Part shown: piece by piece, positions 9,591 through 19,803 of the stretch
Layout of the letters: every line of letters starts with the position of its first letter
How positions within the stretch are numbered: the first letter of the stretch is position 1
Assembly: GCA_965198225.1 (NCBI GenBank)
Contig: CBDAOY010000006.1
Coordinates: 128,001-192,000, forward strand
DNA length: 64,000 nt
Reading direction: 5' to 3'
Origin: Terriglobia bacterium
GTDB lineage: Bacteria; Acidobacteriota; Terriglobia; 20CM-2-55-15
Made by a program: the position numbers and the translations under genes
The notes under the pieces: generated by a model
Told to the model about the DNA's origin: nothing
What the model saw: the letters and a program-made list of their open reading frames with translations, nothing else
Database searches by the model: none

Positions 9591-10422
9591 CCCAGTGATC
9601 GCCGCTCTCGAGCAGTCCGGCAACGAAACGGGTGTGGAGGGCATGGCCTGCGCGGTTGGCGACCAATCGCCCCAGTACCGGCTGTCCGATGAGGGCGAAG
9701 TCGCCAAGCAGGTCGAGGATCTTGTGACGGACGAACTCGTCGGCGAAACGGAGCGGCGTCTCGTTGAGCATGCCGGTCTCGGTCAGGACGATGGCGTTTT
9801 CGAGCGAACCTCCCCGGATGAGGCCGCTGCTCTGAAGCGCTTCGATATCTTTCGAAAAGCCGAACGTCCGGGCCGGCGCGATCGAAGCCGCGTATCCTTC
9901 GTCGGTACAATCCACCGACAGGCTCTGTGGCCCGACGAAGGGATGCGGAAAATCGATCGCGTATTCAACGCCGAAACAGTCGTGCGGGTAGATGCCGAGC
10001 GACTTGCCGTCTTCCTCGACGACGAAAGGCTCCGTGATGCGCATGTACTCACGAGGCCGTTCCTGGGTGACCAGACCGACCTCATCGATCGCGTCCGTGA
10101 ACGGCCGGGCGCTTCCGTCCAGGATCGGGACTTCGAGGTTGTCCATCTCGACATACGCGTTGTCCACGCCGAAGCCATACAGGGCCGAGAGGATGTGTTC
10201 GACGGTCGAGATCCACACACCGCCCTTCATCAAGGTCGTGGCGTAGGCGACCCGGGCAACCGAGGTAACATCGGCGGGGATTTCGAAATTGTCGAGATCG
10301 ACGCGGCGGAAAACGATACCCTTGCCTTCCGGAGCCGGGACGATCCGCATGAACACCGGCTCGCCCGTGTGGAGGCCGACACCGGTGAAGGAAATAGCGT
10401 CGGCTAGCGTTCGCTCATACAT
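9544..10422 (-). CDS. lpxC: UDP-3-O-acyl-N-acetylglucosamine deacetylase
   Basis: GVGLHTG, STVEHILSAL, EVPILDGSA, ARTFGF, RHKILDLLGD, GH. Confidence 0.97.
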   Translation of the reverse strand: MYERTLADAISFTGVGLHTGEPVFMRIVPAPEGKGIVFRRVDLDNFEIPADVTSVARVAYATTLMKGGVWISTVEHILSALYGFGVDNAYVEMDNLEVPILDGSARPFTDAIDEVGLVTQERPREYMRITEPFVVEEDGKSLGIYPHDCFGVEYAIDFPHPFVGPQSLSVDCTDEGYAASIAPARTFGFSKDIEALQSSGLIRGGSLENAIVLTETGMLNETPLRFADEFVRHKILDLLGDFALIGQPVLGRLVANRAGHALHTRFVAGLLESGDHWVSETREVQSAPAASS

Positions 10423-10535
10423 CAATATCAGTCTATGGCAATTGACCTTCCCAAAGTGTCTGATTGTGAATTGAACGACTTAAGGATCCGAAGAAGATCG
10501 AAAGTGTGGACTCCTGTGCACACCTGTTCACATCC

Positions 10536-13019
10536 ATGATCAAACAGCCGCTGTTTCTCATCATCGACGCAATGTCGCAGGTGTTCCGCGCCTACTACGC
10601 GATCCGGGGGCTCGCGAGCAGCCAGGGAGTACCGACGAACGCGACCTACGGCTTCGCGCTGATGCTGAATCGCGTGCTGGAAAAGTTTCCGCCCGAATAC
10701 ATCGCAATGGTGTTCGACAGCGCCGAGCCGACAGCCCGACACATCCAGTACCCCTTGTACAAGGCGACCCGCGCGAAGATGCCGACCGACCTCGGCCAGC
10801 AGATCCCCTACATCAAGCGGTTCTGCGCCGCCATGCAGGTTCCGATGATCGAAGTCCCGGGCCAGGAAGCCGACGACGTGATCGGAACCATCGCACGCCG
10901 AGCGCGGGAGGACGACCTGTATCCGGTCATCGTGACGATAGACAAGGACCTGATGCAGCTCGTCGGCGAGATTCTCGTCCTCAACACTTCGCGCGACGAC
11001 ATGTTGATCGGTCCCGACCAGGTCGAGGAACTGTTCGGTGTCACTCCCGAGCAGATCCCGGACCTTCTGGGGCTCTGGGGCGATACGTCCGACAACGTTC
11101 CCGGCGCGCCGGGTATCGGAGAGAAGGGAGCGAAGGCGTTGATCCAGCGCTTCGGGTCCCTCGAAGCATGCCTCGAGCACGCGGACGAGGTCACGAGCAA
11201 GAGACAGAGGGAATCGCTCAAGGAAAACCGGGAGCAGATACTGATGAGCAAACAGCTCGTCACGATAGACACGAACGTCCAGGTCGACCTGAACTGGGCG
11301 GAGTTTGAAGCGAAGCCGGCGGACCGCGACGCTCTGGTGCCGTTGTTACGCGAACTGGAGTTCAGCGGCATGCTGAAGGAACAGCTTCAATCGGTACACG
11401 AATCCGCTCCCGTGGAGGTGATCGAAACCAGCGAAGCGCCCGACATCGAAGGCTACTTCGCATTCGAGCTGGCCGATGATCGGGTATCGGTCTGGGACGG
11501 AAAGGGGTCGGTGTACAACCTGCCCATCGCCTCCGCCGCGTCCTTGCTCTCGAACCCCGATATCCGCAAAGTCACCCACAACGTCAAGACGGCTCTGCTC
11601 CGGTTGCGAAGACGCGGGATAGACCTCGCTCCGCCCTACGACGACCCGATGCTGATGGCCTACCTGCTGATGCCGAACCGGGGCCGGTACGGCATCGAAG
11701 ACCTGACGACGGAGCTGTTCGGCGAGGCGTCCGGCGGCGGTGTCGAGTGGATACACCGGATCTCCGAAGAACTGCGACCGAAAGTGGAGCATGAGGTCGA
11801 AACCGTCTACACGGATATCGAGATGCCGCTCGTCGGCGTCCTCGCCGGTATCGAATGGGACGGCATCCTGCTGGACGTGCCGGTACTGGAGTCGATGTCC
11901 GGCGACATGACGGAGCAACAGGAGAAGCTGCGGGCGCGCATCTACGAGCTGGCCGATTGCGAATTCAACATCAATTCACCGAAACAACTGGGCGAAGTCC
12001 TGTTCGAAAAACTCAACTTGCCCCGCTCCCGGAAGTTGCGGAAGTCCGGGCAATATTCGACTGCGGTGGAGGTGTTGGAAGAGCTTGCCGAATCCCATGA
12101 GCTGCCGCGCATGGTGCTCGACTATCGCCAGCTTTCGAAGTTCAAATCCACCTATGTCGACGTCCTGCCGAAGCTGATCGACCCGAAAACGAAGCGCCTG
12201 CATACATCGTTCAACCAGGCCGGGGCAGCAACCGGCCGTGTTTCGAGCAGCAACCCGAACCTGCAGAACATCCCGATCCGAACGGAAATGGGGCGGGAAA
12301 TCCGGAGCGCTTTCGTCCCACGCGACCATACGACGATGCTTTCGGCCGACTACTCGCAGGTGGAACTGCGGATCCTCGCCCATATGTCCGGGGACGCCGG
12401 CTTGATCGATGCGTTCACGAATGACGCGGACATTCACCGCAGTACGGCCGCCGAGGTTCTGGGCGTGCCTGCCGAAGAGGTGGACTCGGAACAGCGCGGA
12501 CGCGCAAAGGCCGTCAACTTCGGGATCGTCTACGGGCTGACGCCCTTTGGACTCGCCCAACAACTGGGCATCGGCCGCGACGAGGCCGGGGAGTTCATCG
12601 ACCGCTACTTCAATCGTTACCCGGGCGTGCGGGACTACATCGAAAACTCCCTGGTCGAAGCCCGCGAAACGGGAATCACACGGACGCTGTTCGGCCGCCA
12701 CCGGCAGATTCCGGAGATTAATTCCCGCAACGGAATGCGCCGGAGTATGGCCGAACGGATGGCAATCAACGCTCCGCTGCAGGGCACGGCCGCCGACATC
12801 ATCAAACTGGCCATGATCCGGATCGCCGACGAGCTTCGGGAGCGGAAGATCGAGACCCGGATGGTCCTGCAGATACACGACGAGTTGCTCTTCGAGGTTC
12901 CCGCGAGCGAGATGGATGTTATCGACCTGGTCCGCGATTGGATGTCCGGCGTTGCGGAACTCAAGGTGCCCCTCGTGGTGGACACGAAGACCGGCCCCAA
13001 CTGGAAGGATCTGAAGTGA
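10536..13019 (+). CDS. polA: DNA polymerase I
   Basis: 5'-3' exonuclease (YKATR, EADDVIGT, GDTSDNVPG); polymerase motifs DYSQVELR, KAVNFGIVYG, QIHDELLFE. Confidence 0.97.
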   Translation: MIKQPLFLIIDAMSQVFRAYYAIRGLASSQGVPTNATYGFALMLNRVLEKFPPEYIAMVFDSAEPTARHIQYPLYKATRAKMPTDLGQQIPYIKRFCAAMQVPMIEVPGQEADDVIGTIARRAREDDLYPVIVTIDKDLMQLVGEILVLNTSRDDMLIGPDQVEELFGVTPEQIPDLLGLWGDTSDNVPGAPGIGEKGAKALIQRFGSLEACLEHADEVTSKRQRESLKENREQILMSKQLVTIDTNVQVDLNWAEFEAKPADRDALVPLLRELEFSGMLKEQLQSVHESAPVEVIETSEAPDIEGYFAFELADDRVSVWDGKGSVYNLPIASAASLLSNPDIRKVTHNVKTALLRLRRRGIDLAPPYDDPMLMAYLLMPNRGRYGIEDLTTELFGEASGGGVEWIHRISEELRPKVEHEVETVYTDIEMPLVGVLAGIEWDGILLDVPVLESMSGDMTEQQEKLRARIYELADCEFNINSPKQLGEVLFEKLNLPRSRKLRKSGQYSTAVEVLEELAESHELPRMVLDYRQLSKFKSTYVDVLPKLIDPKTKRLHTSFNQAGAATGRVSSSNPNLQNIPIRTEMGREIRSAFVPRDHTTMLSADYSQVELRILAHMSGDAGLIDAFTNDADIHRSTAAEVLGVPAEEVDSEQRGRAKAVNFGIVYGLTPFGLAQQLGIGRDEAGEFIDRYFNRYPGVRDYIENSLVEARETGITRTLFGRHRQIPEINSRNGMRRSMAERMAINAPLQGTAADIIKLAMIRIADELRERKIETRMVLQIHDELLFEVPASEMDVIDLVRDWMSGVAELKVPLVVDTKTGPNWKDLK

Positions 13020-13189
13020 AGTGTTCCTGCCCGTTTTCCCTTGAGCATCAAGCGGCGACAAAGGACTCCAGTAAATGAAAATGAATCTCATTTTCATCTT
13101 GACGACAGAGTGACTCGGTTCCCATAATTCGTTCCGCAAGAGACTGCACTCGTCTTCGGTCGAGGCACCGACCTTGCTTCGATTCCGAA

Positions 13190-13618
13190 ATGCAGGGAAA
13201 ATCCATCACAGCCATCCGCCGTTTCGCTCTGAGCATCTTCCTGATCGGTGCGATCGGGTCCGGGACGGAGCTGTTGCTGCTGGGGCACACCGAAAACATC
13301 TGGCAACTCATTCCCCTGTTGCTGATTGGGACGAGCCTGGTCGTCCTCAGCCTGTGGGCCCGTTGGCATACCCGCGCCGGCCTGCGCGCATTTCAAGGCA
13401 CGATGATGCTGTTCATCGTCTCTGGACTGGTTGGACTGTTGCTGCACTACCGCAGCAACGCGGAATTCGAGTTGGAGGTGTATCCGGCAATCGGCGGGAT
13501 GGAGCTTTTCTGGGCCTCGCTCACCGGGGCCATGCCCGTCCTGGCTCCCGGAACGATGGCCTACCTCGGCCTGCTGGGTTTGCTCTTCACGTACCAGCAT
13601 CCAGTTTTCGCCAACTGA
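13190..13618 (+). CDS. Hypothetical membrane protein (about 4 TM)
   Basis: Four hydrophobic segments; apparently co-transcribed with the HhH gene. Confidence 0.7.
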   Translation: MQGKSITAIRRFALSIFLIGAIGSGTELLLLGHTENIWQLIPLLLIGTSLVVLSLWARWHTRAGLRAFQGTMMLFIVSGLVGLLLHYRSNAEFELEVYPAIGGMELFWASLTGAMPVLAPGTMAYLGLLGLLFTYQHPVFAN

Positions 13619-13649
13619 CGATGAAGTCCTGAATCCTAGGAGGAAAACC

Positions 13650-14291
13650 ATGATACCGAAGACCGCCGTCTGCGCCATTGTCGCTCTCGTCCTGATCGCC
13701 GGAATCGCCGTCGACTCCGCAGCCCAGGTCGGCAAAAACATGGGCGTCGTCAACCCGAACACCGCGGGCGAGAGCCAGCTGCGGGCGTTACCGCATGTGA
13801 CCTCCGGTATCGTCAATGGAATTATCGAACGCCGGCCCTTCTTGAGCCTGACGGAGTTCAACGCATTTCTCCGGCAATCGCTCGGTGAGGAAGCGGCCGC
13901 CGAACTGCGGGCAAGGCTATTCCTGCCGATCAATCTGAACACCGCGAGCCGGGAGGAGATCCTGCTGGTCACCGGCGTCGGCCCCCGCATGGCCCACGAG
14001 TTCGAGGAATACCGGCCGTACCGGGCCCTGGCGCAGTTCCGGCGGGAGATCGGCAAGTATGTCGATGACGAGGAGGTCGCCCGGCTCGAGCAGCACGTCT
14101 TTGTCCCGATCGATCTGAACGCCGCCAGCGACGAGCACATTCTATCCATCCCAGGTCTCGGAATCCGGATGCTTCACGAGTTCAAGGAGTATCGGCCCTA
14201 CCGGGCCATGGCTCAATTTCGGCGGGAGATCGGCAAGTACGTCGACGACAAGGAGGTCGCCCGCCTCGAGCGGTATGTGACTCTGAACTGA
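13650..14291 (+). CDS. Secreted ComEA-like helix-hairpin-helix repeat protein
   Basis: AGGAGG RBS; signal peptide; three repeats of the INLNTAS..E.L..PG.G pattern, the last two sharing HEFxEYRPYRAxAQFRREIGKYVDD. Confidence 0.8.
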   Translation: MIPKTAVCAIVALVLIAGIAVDSAAQVGKNMGVVNPNTAGESQLRALPHVTSGIVNGIIERRPFLSLTEFNAFLRQSLGEEAAAELRARLFLPINLNTASREEILLVTGVGPRMAHEFEEYRPYRALAQFRREIGKYVDDEEVARLEQHVFVPIDLNAASDEHILSIPGLGIRMLHEFKEYRPYRAMAQFRREIGKYVDDKEVARLERYVTLN

Positions 14292-14325
14292 GGTGTACGG
14301 CGTTCCCAGCCGCCCGAACGCCAAG

Positions 14326-14355
14326 TTGACGCAGTCGTTTCGGTGGCCGTAGAAT
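14326..14355 (+). promoter_or_regulatory. Sigma70-type promoter of tRNA-Val
   Basis: TTGACG-18 bp-TAGAAT, 21 bp upstream of the tRNA. Confidence 0.7.
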
Positions 14356-14376
14356 CGAAGAACGTGATGCCCCGCA

Positions 14377-14450
14377 GGGCGCGTAGCTCAGTTGGAACGA
14401 GCGCTACCTTGACACGGTAGAGGTCATCGGTTCGAGCCCGGTCGCGCCCA
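14377..14450 (+). tRNA. tRNA-Val (GAC), CCA not encoded
   Basis: Acceptor GGGCGCG/CGCGCCC+A; D arm GCTC/GAGC; anticodon arm CTACC-TTGACAC-GGTAG; T loop GGTTCGAGCCC. Confidence 0.97.
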
Positions 14451-14452
14451 TT

Positions 14453-15043
14453 TTATTTTTCAACAGGTTGCAGGCTGGCAGGTTGTTCAGAAGGCTGGTT
14501 TGTGACGTGGATTGTGTCGTAACCCTGCTCTGTGGGCTGTTTTCGGAACTCCTCATCATCCTTCGGCTTGGTTCCAAGCACGTCTACCGCTCCCCTCTTC
14601 GCGTTCATTCGGATGTGGCTGTAGTGCTCCAGCATTCGTTGTGAGACGTGCCCAGCGAGTCCCATGATAATTAGATCGGGCAACCCCGATTCGGCGAGTG
14701 TGGTAATTGCAGCATGCCGTAGGTCGTGGAACCTGAGACCAGCTAATCCGGCTTCCTTGGTCAGCCGACGCCAAGAGGTGCGCCAGGACTTCTGAGGCTG
14801 GGCGGGATCGACGTTGCCATTCTCACAACTAAAAAATACGTAGCAGTCGGGGCCTGTGGCGACCACGTCATCGTCAGCCAGGACCAGCGCCCGGTCACGC
14901 ATTGCCATCAGTGCACAGAAGGCGTCATCGTTCAGAGGAATTGTCCGTTGGCCTGCCGAGGTCTTGCTACGCTGGACGACTACCAGTCGGCCGAGCAAAT
15001 CCATATCAGCCCACTGAAGCCCCTTGATTTCACAACGTCGCAT
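14453..15043 (-). pseudogene. Tyrosine integrase catalytic domain, N-terminally truncated
   Basis: MRRCEI, SKT..GQRTIPL, RFHDLRH, LAGH, HYSH; stop lies 2 bp from the tRNA 3' end; no N-terminal binding domains upstream. Confidence 0.88.
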
Positions 15044-15195
15044 GGTAACCGCCTGAACTCAAAGCTCGCCTGGACAGCGAAGAGAATCTGGGGTCCAGCG
15101 ACTCGATCGATCTCGACGAGCAGTAGTTGCTCGGGTCGGCTGAGCAGGGCAGCGACGATGACTCCAACCTATGCTCCTGGTCCCCGCCTCCTTCG

Positions 15196-15224
15196 TTGAC
15201 CCCAAATCCTTCCTACCGTACTAT
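15196..15224 (+). promoter_or_regulatory. Sigma70-type promoter of kinase remnant
   Basis: TTGACC-17 bp-TACTAT; near-identical inverted copy at 38306-38334. Confidence 0.65.
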
Positions 15225-15281
15225 TTACGCAAGTTTTCCCAACACAAGGCGACGGACCGCCATCGAGGCACCGCGCAGCCT

Positions 15282-15620
15282 ATGGCTCTCACGGCAGGAA
15301 CGCGACTCGGCCCCTACGAAATCGCCGACCAGTTAGGCGCAGGTGGTATGGGAGAGGTGTATCGCGCCACCGACACTCGACTCGATCGCACGGTTGCCAT
15401 CAAAGTCCTTCCCGAACACTTAGCCTCGGACCCCCAGCGCCGGGAACGCTTCGAGCGAGAGGCCCGTGCTGTCAGCAGCCTGAACCACCCGCACATCTGC
15501 ACGCTCCACGACATCGGTGAACAGGACGGCATTCGTCACCTAGTCTTAGTGGGAAGCCAGCCTGTCCTTGAAGGTTGCCCGGGCGGTCGTCCCTCAATCC
15601 GCCCAGGACAGACCCACTGA
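15282..15620 (+). pseudogene. Ser/Thr protein kinase N-lobe fragment
   Basis: [33 protein letters not shown]; similarity stops near 15545. Confidence 0.85.
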
Positions 15621-16271
15621 CGCGAGCATCAAAACGGAAGTTGAACAGCGCCTGGCCAAGAAGGGTCTGAGTGAAGGCAACAGCATCGAGATCGTCGTCG
15701 ACGACCACATGATCTCCCTCGAGGGCTTCGTTCAGAGCCTCGAGCAGAAGCAACAGGCCACAAAGGTCGCCATGAAAGCCAAGGGCGCCTCCCATGTGAT
15801 GAATCATCTGGCGGTGGCTCGTGGAAGAGCGACATTGCGGAGGAAGCTGCGCGAAAGATACGCACCCATGCCTTCTACGACATCTACGACTGGATCGAGA
15901 TTCGCGTCGAAGACGGCGTGGTGAGCCTCGAGGGATGGGTTCGAGAACCCTGGAGGAGGAGAGACTACGAAAAGCGAGTCGAGGAAGTGGTGGGCGTGAC
16001 CAGCATCGGCAACAACATCGATGTCCTGCCGACCTCCCTGTATGATGACGAGCTGCGCATCGCCGCTACTCAGCGGATCTACGGCGACTCGAGCTTTGTG
16101 AGATACGCTTCTCGACGGTTTCCGCCGATTCACATCATCGTCAAGAACGGCACGATAACGCTGGAAGGATTCGTGGGCACAAAGGTGGAGCAGCGGCTGG
16201 CCCGCACTGTGCTCTCGGGCCTCAATAGCCTGAGCGTGGTCAACAACCTGAAACTCGACGAGGCCGGATAA
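15590..16271 (+). pseudogene. Triple-BON domain protein, degraded paralog of 20999-21733
   Basis: Two frames (15568-15924, 15918-16271) align to the intact copy; signal peptide missing; deletion/frameshift near 15830. Confidence 0.85.
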
Positions 16272-16279
16272 CCCTCTTT

Positions 16280-16327
16280 GATCGGGGTATGGAGCCCTAC
16301 CCCTGAGGGGTCGGGCTCCTACCGATC
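16280..16327. terminator. Strong hairpin after the BON remnant
   Basis: gatcggggtatggagccctacccc-tga-ggggtcgggctcctaccgatc. Confidence 0.45.
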
Positions 16328-16486
16328 CCAAAACTCTGGTGACGAAGACACGGTTGACGCCTCACAGGATGTCGCTAGTTTCTCGTTAATTTTCCCGCGG
16401 CTCCACGGTCCCGACCCGAGATATGATCATCGAGCCTGTTAGGCCCTGTCGACGTCGAATCCCACGTTGAAGGAGAAAAGGGGGGA

Positions 16487-17314
16487 GTGAAAACCCTGTC
16501 CAGAGTCACGCTTTGGGTCGCGATGTTCGCCCTCTTCCCGGCGGCGTCAACGCGTGTCGTCGCTGGAGGGCCCTCGCAGGGCCTGGATCCTGCAAATGAC
16601 CTCGTGCCCGTCATCGTGGAGCTGTTTACGTCAGAGGGTTGCTCCAGTTGCCCTCCGGCGGATCGATTGCTTCGAGAGTTGCACGAGACGCAGCCCGTCG
16701 AAGGCGCGGACGTCATTGCGCTTGGAGAACACGTCGACTACTGGGATTACCTCGGCTGGAAAGATCGCTTCTCCTCGTCGGGGTTCAGCGAGCGTCAACG
16801 GGAGTACGCCGAAGCCTGGGGCACGAATCGGATCTATACCCCGCAGATGATCGTCGACGGTCGCACCGAGTTCGTCGGAGGACGGAAGGATCGTGCGACC
16901 GAGGCGATTAGACAGGGCGCTCGGATGCCGAAAGCCCCTGTTCGAATCCACTATCTCAGGTCCTGGGCCGACCAAGACAGGCAGAATATTCGACTGCAGG
17001 CGTGGATCGGCCAACTGCCCACTTCCGGTGAATCCACCCTGGACGTGTATCTGGCCCTGACGGAGAGCCGCCTCCAGTCGGCCGTGCGAGCCGGCGAGAA
17101 TGCGGGCCGTGTGCTGAGACATGCCCCGGTTGTTCGCAGGCTCGAAGTCATCGGCACCGTCGATGGACGGGGTCCGGTGAGCGTCGAATCAACCGTGGTC
17201 ATCGAGCCGGACTGGCAATCGGAAAACCTTCGAGTCGCCGTTTTCGTTCAAGAGCGTGAGAGTCGGCAAGTCGTGGCGGCAGGAGCGACCGCACCGGGTC
17301 AGCTATTGAAGTAG
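16487..17314 (+). CDS. DUF1223 family secreted thioredoxin-like protein
   Basis: IVELFTSEGCSSCPPAD, HVDYWDYLGWKDRFS, YTPQMIVDG, GENAGRVLRH. Confidence 0.88.
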   Translation: MKTLSRVTLWVAMFALFPAASTRVVAGGPSQGLDPANDLVPVIVELFTSEGCSSCPPADRLLRELHETQPVEGADVIALGEHVDYWDYLGWKDRFSSSGFSERQREYAEAWGTNRIYTPQMIVDGRTEFVGGRKDRATEAIRQGARMPKAPVRIHYLRSWADQDRQNIRLQAWIGQLPTSGESTLDVYLALTESRLQSAVRAGENAGRVLRHAPVVRRLEVIGTVDGRGPVSVESTVVIEPDWQSENLRVAVFVQERESRQVVAAGATAPGQLLK

Positions 17315-17344
17315 ATCTCGGATTGAGTCGCCAAGGCGCTTCGG

Positions 17345-18880
17345 TTACCGGGTCCAGGCCAACCAGCGAGAGAAGACCTTCTTGACCGTCGGCGTGAGGC
17401 GCGTCCGGTTGTAGGCATCTCCGAGCTGGCGGATCGCTTCCGCCTGAGTCGGGTAGGGATGGATCACGCCGGCGACACTGCCCAGGCCGATTTTGCCCAC
17501 CATGGCCAACGTGATCTCACTGATCATCTCGCCGGCGTGCCGCGCCACGATGGTGCCTCCCAGAATCTGGTCCGTGCCCTTCTTCACATGGATCTTGACG
17601 AAGCCATCATCCTCTGATTCGGTTATGGCGCGATCGACTTCCTTCATGGGTCTCACGAACGTGTCTAGGGCGATACCCTTGGCTTCGGCGTCCCGTTCAT
17701 ACATTCCTACATGAGCGATTTCGGGGTCTGTGTAGGTACACCAGGGAATCGTCAGTGTGCTTGCCTTCTTCCGGCCGAAAAAGAGTGCGTTCTGGATGAC
17801 GATCCGTGCCAGGGCGTCGGCGGTGTGAGTGAACTTGTAAGCGGAGCAGATGTCTCCGGCGGCAAAGATGCGGGGGTTGGATGTCTGTAGACGGTCGTTG
17901 ACCTCGACGCCCTTCCTTTCGTCGTACTTCACTCCAACCGCCTCCAGATCGAGTCCGCCCACGTTCGGGGCTCGGCCAACACCGACCAGGATCTCGTCTA
18001 CATGCAGGTTTCTGCTCTCTCCGCCGCATTCCAACTGGATGACCTTGTCGCCGTTTCGCTGTTCCACCTTCAGGATCTTGCAGCCGAGCACCAGGTTCAC
18101 TCCGTCGCGAAGAATCGAACGTTGCAGAACCTCGGCCGCATCCTGATCCTCTCGCATCAGGATGTGAGACTTCGTCTCCAGTAGAGAAACCTCCGAGCCG
18201 AAGCGGCGGAACGCCTGGGACAGCTCACAGCCGATGGGGCCGGCGCCGATTACCGCCAGGCGTCTGGGCAGTCTGGTAAGCGAAAAGACCGTCTCGTTGG
18301 TCAGGTATCCGGTTTCCGCCAGGCCGGGAATCGGCGGCGCTGCGGCCCGGGCGCCCGTCGCCAGCACGGCCTTCTTGAAGCGCAACGTCCGGCCTCCCGC
18401 CTCTATCGTGTCCGGCCCGTTGAAGCGACCTTCGCCCAGGAACACATCGACTCCCAACTGCTGGAAGCGGCGGGCGGAATCGTTGTGGCTGATCCTCGAG
18501 CGCAGGCGCCTCATCCGCTCCATGACAGCCGGGAAATCCACTTCGACTGCCTCACCGACACGGACTCCGAACTCGTGTGCGTCGCGGACGTCCGCAAATG
18601 CTCGAGCGGCGCGAATCAGGCACTTGGAGGGAACGCACCCCACATTCAAACAATCTCCTCCCAAAAGGCCTCTTTCGATCAGAGCAACCCTCGCTCCAAC
18701 TCCCGCCGCACCGGCTGCTGAGACCAAGCCCGCGGTGCCGGCTCCGATCACGACGAGATTGTAGCGAGGAGCAGGTTCCGGATTGACCCAATCGGCGGGG
18801 TGGACGTTGGCAACCAGAGCCTGGTTGTGCTCATCCATCGGGGGTACGGTCACAGTCGTCTCGAGGGCCGTCCGGCTCAT
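17345..18880 (-). CDS. Mercuric reductase-like pyridine nucleotide-disulfide oxidoreductase
   Basis: GAGTAG, GGDCLNVGCVPSK, GAGPIG, HPYPTQAE; lacks the MerA C-terminal Cys pair. Confidence 0.88.
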   Translation of the reverse strand: MSRTALETTVTVPPMDEHNQALVANVHPADWVNPEPAPRYNLVVIGAGTAGLVSAAGAAGVGARVALIERGLLGGDCLNVGCVPSKCLIRAARAFADVRDAHEFGVRVGEAVEVDFPAVMERMRRLRSRISHNDSARRFQQLGVDVFLGEGRFNGPDTIEAGGRTLRFKKAVLATGARAAAPPIPGLAETGYLTNETVFSLTRLPRRLAVIGAGPIGCELSQAFRRFGSEVSLLETKSHILMREDQDAAEVLQRSILRDGVNLVLGCKILKVEQRNGDKVIQLECGGESRNLHVDEILVGVGRAPNVGGLDLEAVGVKYDERKGVEVNDRLQTSNPRIFAAGDICSAYKFTHTADALARIVIQNALFFGRKKASTLTIPWCTYTDPEIAHVGMYERDAEAKGIALDTFVRPMKEVDRAITESEDDGFVKIHVKKGTDQILGGTIVARHAGEMISEITLAMVGKIGLGSVAGVIHPYPTQAEAIRQLGDAYNRTRLTPTVKKVFSRWLAWTR

Positions 18881-18892
18881 TTCAGTTTCTCC

Positions 18893-19594
18893 TTAGGAAA
18901 CCTTCTTGTCCAACGCCTTGCGGGCAATTTTGGTTACAAAAACAGTCACGGTGACCGTCGCGAGCAAACCTAAGACATAGAGGGCCCACTGCGCCGGCGT
19001 TCGCGATTGACCCTCCATCCCCAGAGTGGCCAGGTCTCCCGCCAGAGAGCCGATGTAGACGTACATGACTGTTCCGGGCATCATCCCGATCCAGGAGGCC
19101 AAAAAAAAGTGCCTCAAGGAAACTCGGGTTACTCCCAGCGAATAATTCAGAAGATTAAAGGGAAAAACGGGAGAAAGCCGAAGCAACCCTACAATCTTCC
19201 ATCCCTCTTTGGCCACCGCTTCGTCGATCGCAGTGAACCTCTGGTTGCTCTCGATCTTCTTCGCAACCCACCCGCGCGCCAGGTAGCGTCCGATGAGAAA
19301 AGCCAGAGTGGCTCCCAGCGTGGAAGCGATCGAAACGTAGATCGAACCGCGCACGACTCCGAAGACAAAGCCGGCTCCGAGGGTGAGGATCAAACCCGGG
19401 AGGAAGAGGACCGTAGCCAGGATGTAAAGCCCGATGAAAGCGACGACTCCCAGAGGTCCGAGGCCGGCGATCGAGACCAGCAGGCCACGAAGGACTTCCT
19501 GCAGGTTGAAATACCTGGCCACCGCCACAACGATAGCGATCGCCACACCCCACAAAGCCAGCTTGGGGTTCAAGGTCGGGAGTCTAAAGGCCAT
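18893..19594 (-). CDS. TVP38/TMEM64 (DedA-like) membrane protein
   Basis: LTLGAGFVFG, GATLAFLIGRYL, LLRLSPVFPFNLLNY. Confidence 0.9.
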   Translation of the reverse strand: MAFRLPTLNPKLALWGVAIAIVVAVARYFNLQEVLRGLLVSIAGLGPLGVVAFIGLYILATVLFLPGLILTLGAGFVFGVVRGSIYVSIASTLGATLAFLIGRYLARGWVAKKIESNQRFTAIDEAVAKEGWKIVGLLRLSPVFPFNLLNYSLGVTRVSLRHFFLASWIGMMPGTVMYVYIGSLAGDLATLGMEGQSRTPAQWALYVLGLLATVTVTVFVTKIARKALDKKVS

Positions 19595-19803
19595 GACGTG
19601 ATCTCAACTTGAGTCTGAGGGTTCAAATAGCGTTGTCATGATACGGGAACAGCGTCGGCAAAGGAACGACCTGAGAGCTTCGGAATTCGAGCAACTCCGT
19701 GATCGCTCGGCCGGCTGGCCGGCTTTGGGTGCACCCGTGGCCCACGCGAGGCCATTTTGAGTCTCGAGCCAGGTCTGATCGATGCAGTTTCGGACACTGC
19801 TGG

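Noticed and set aside
17345-18880. merA mercury resistance
   Set aside because: No C-terminal Cys pair, no NmerA domain and no merR/T/P nearby.
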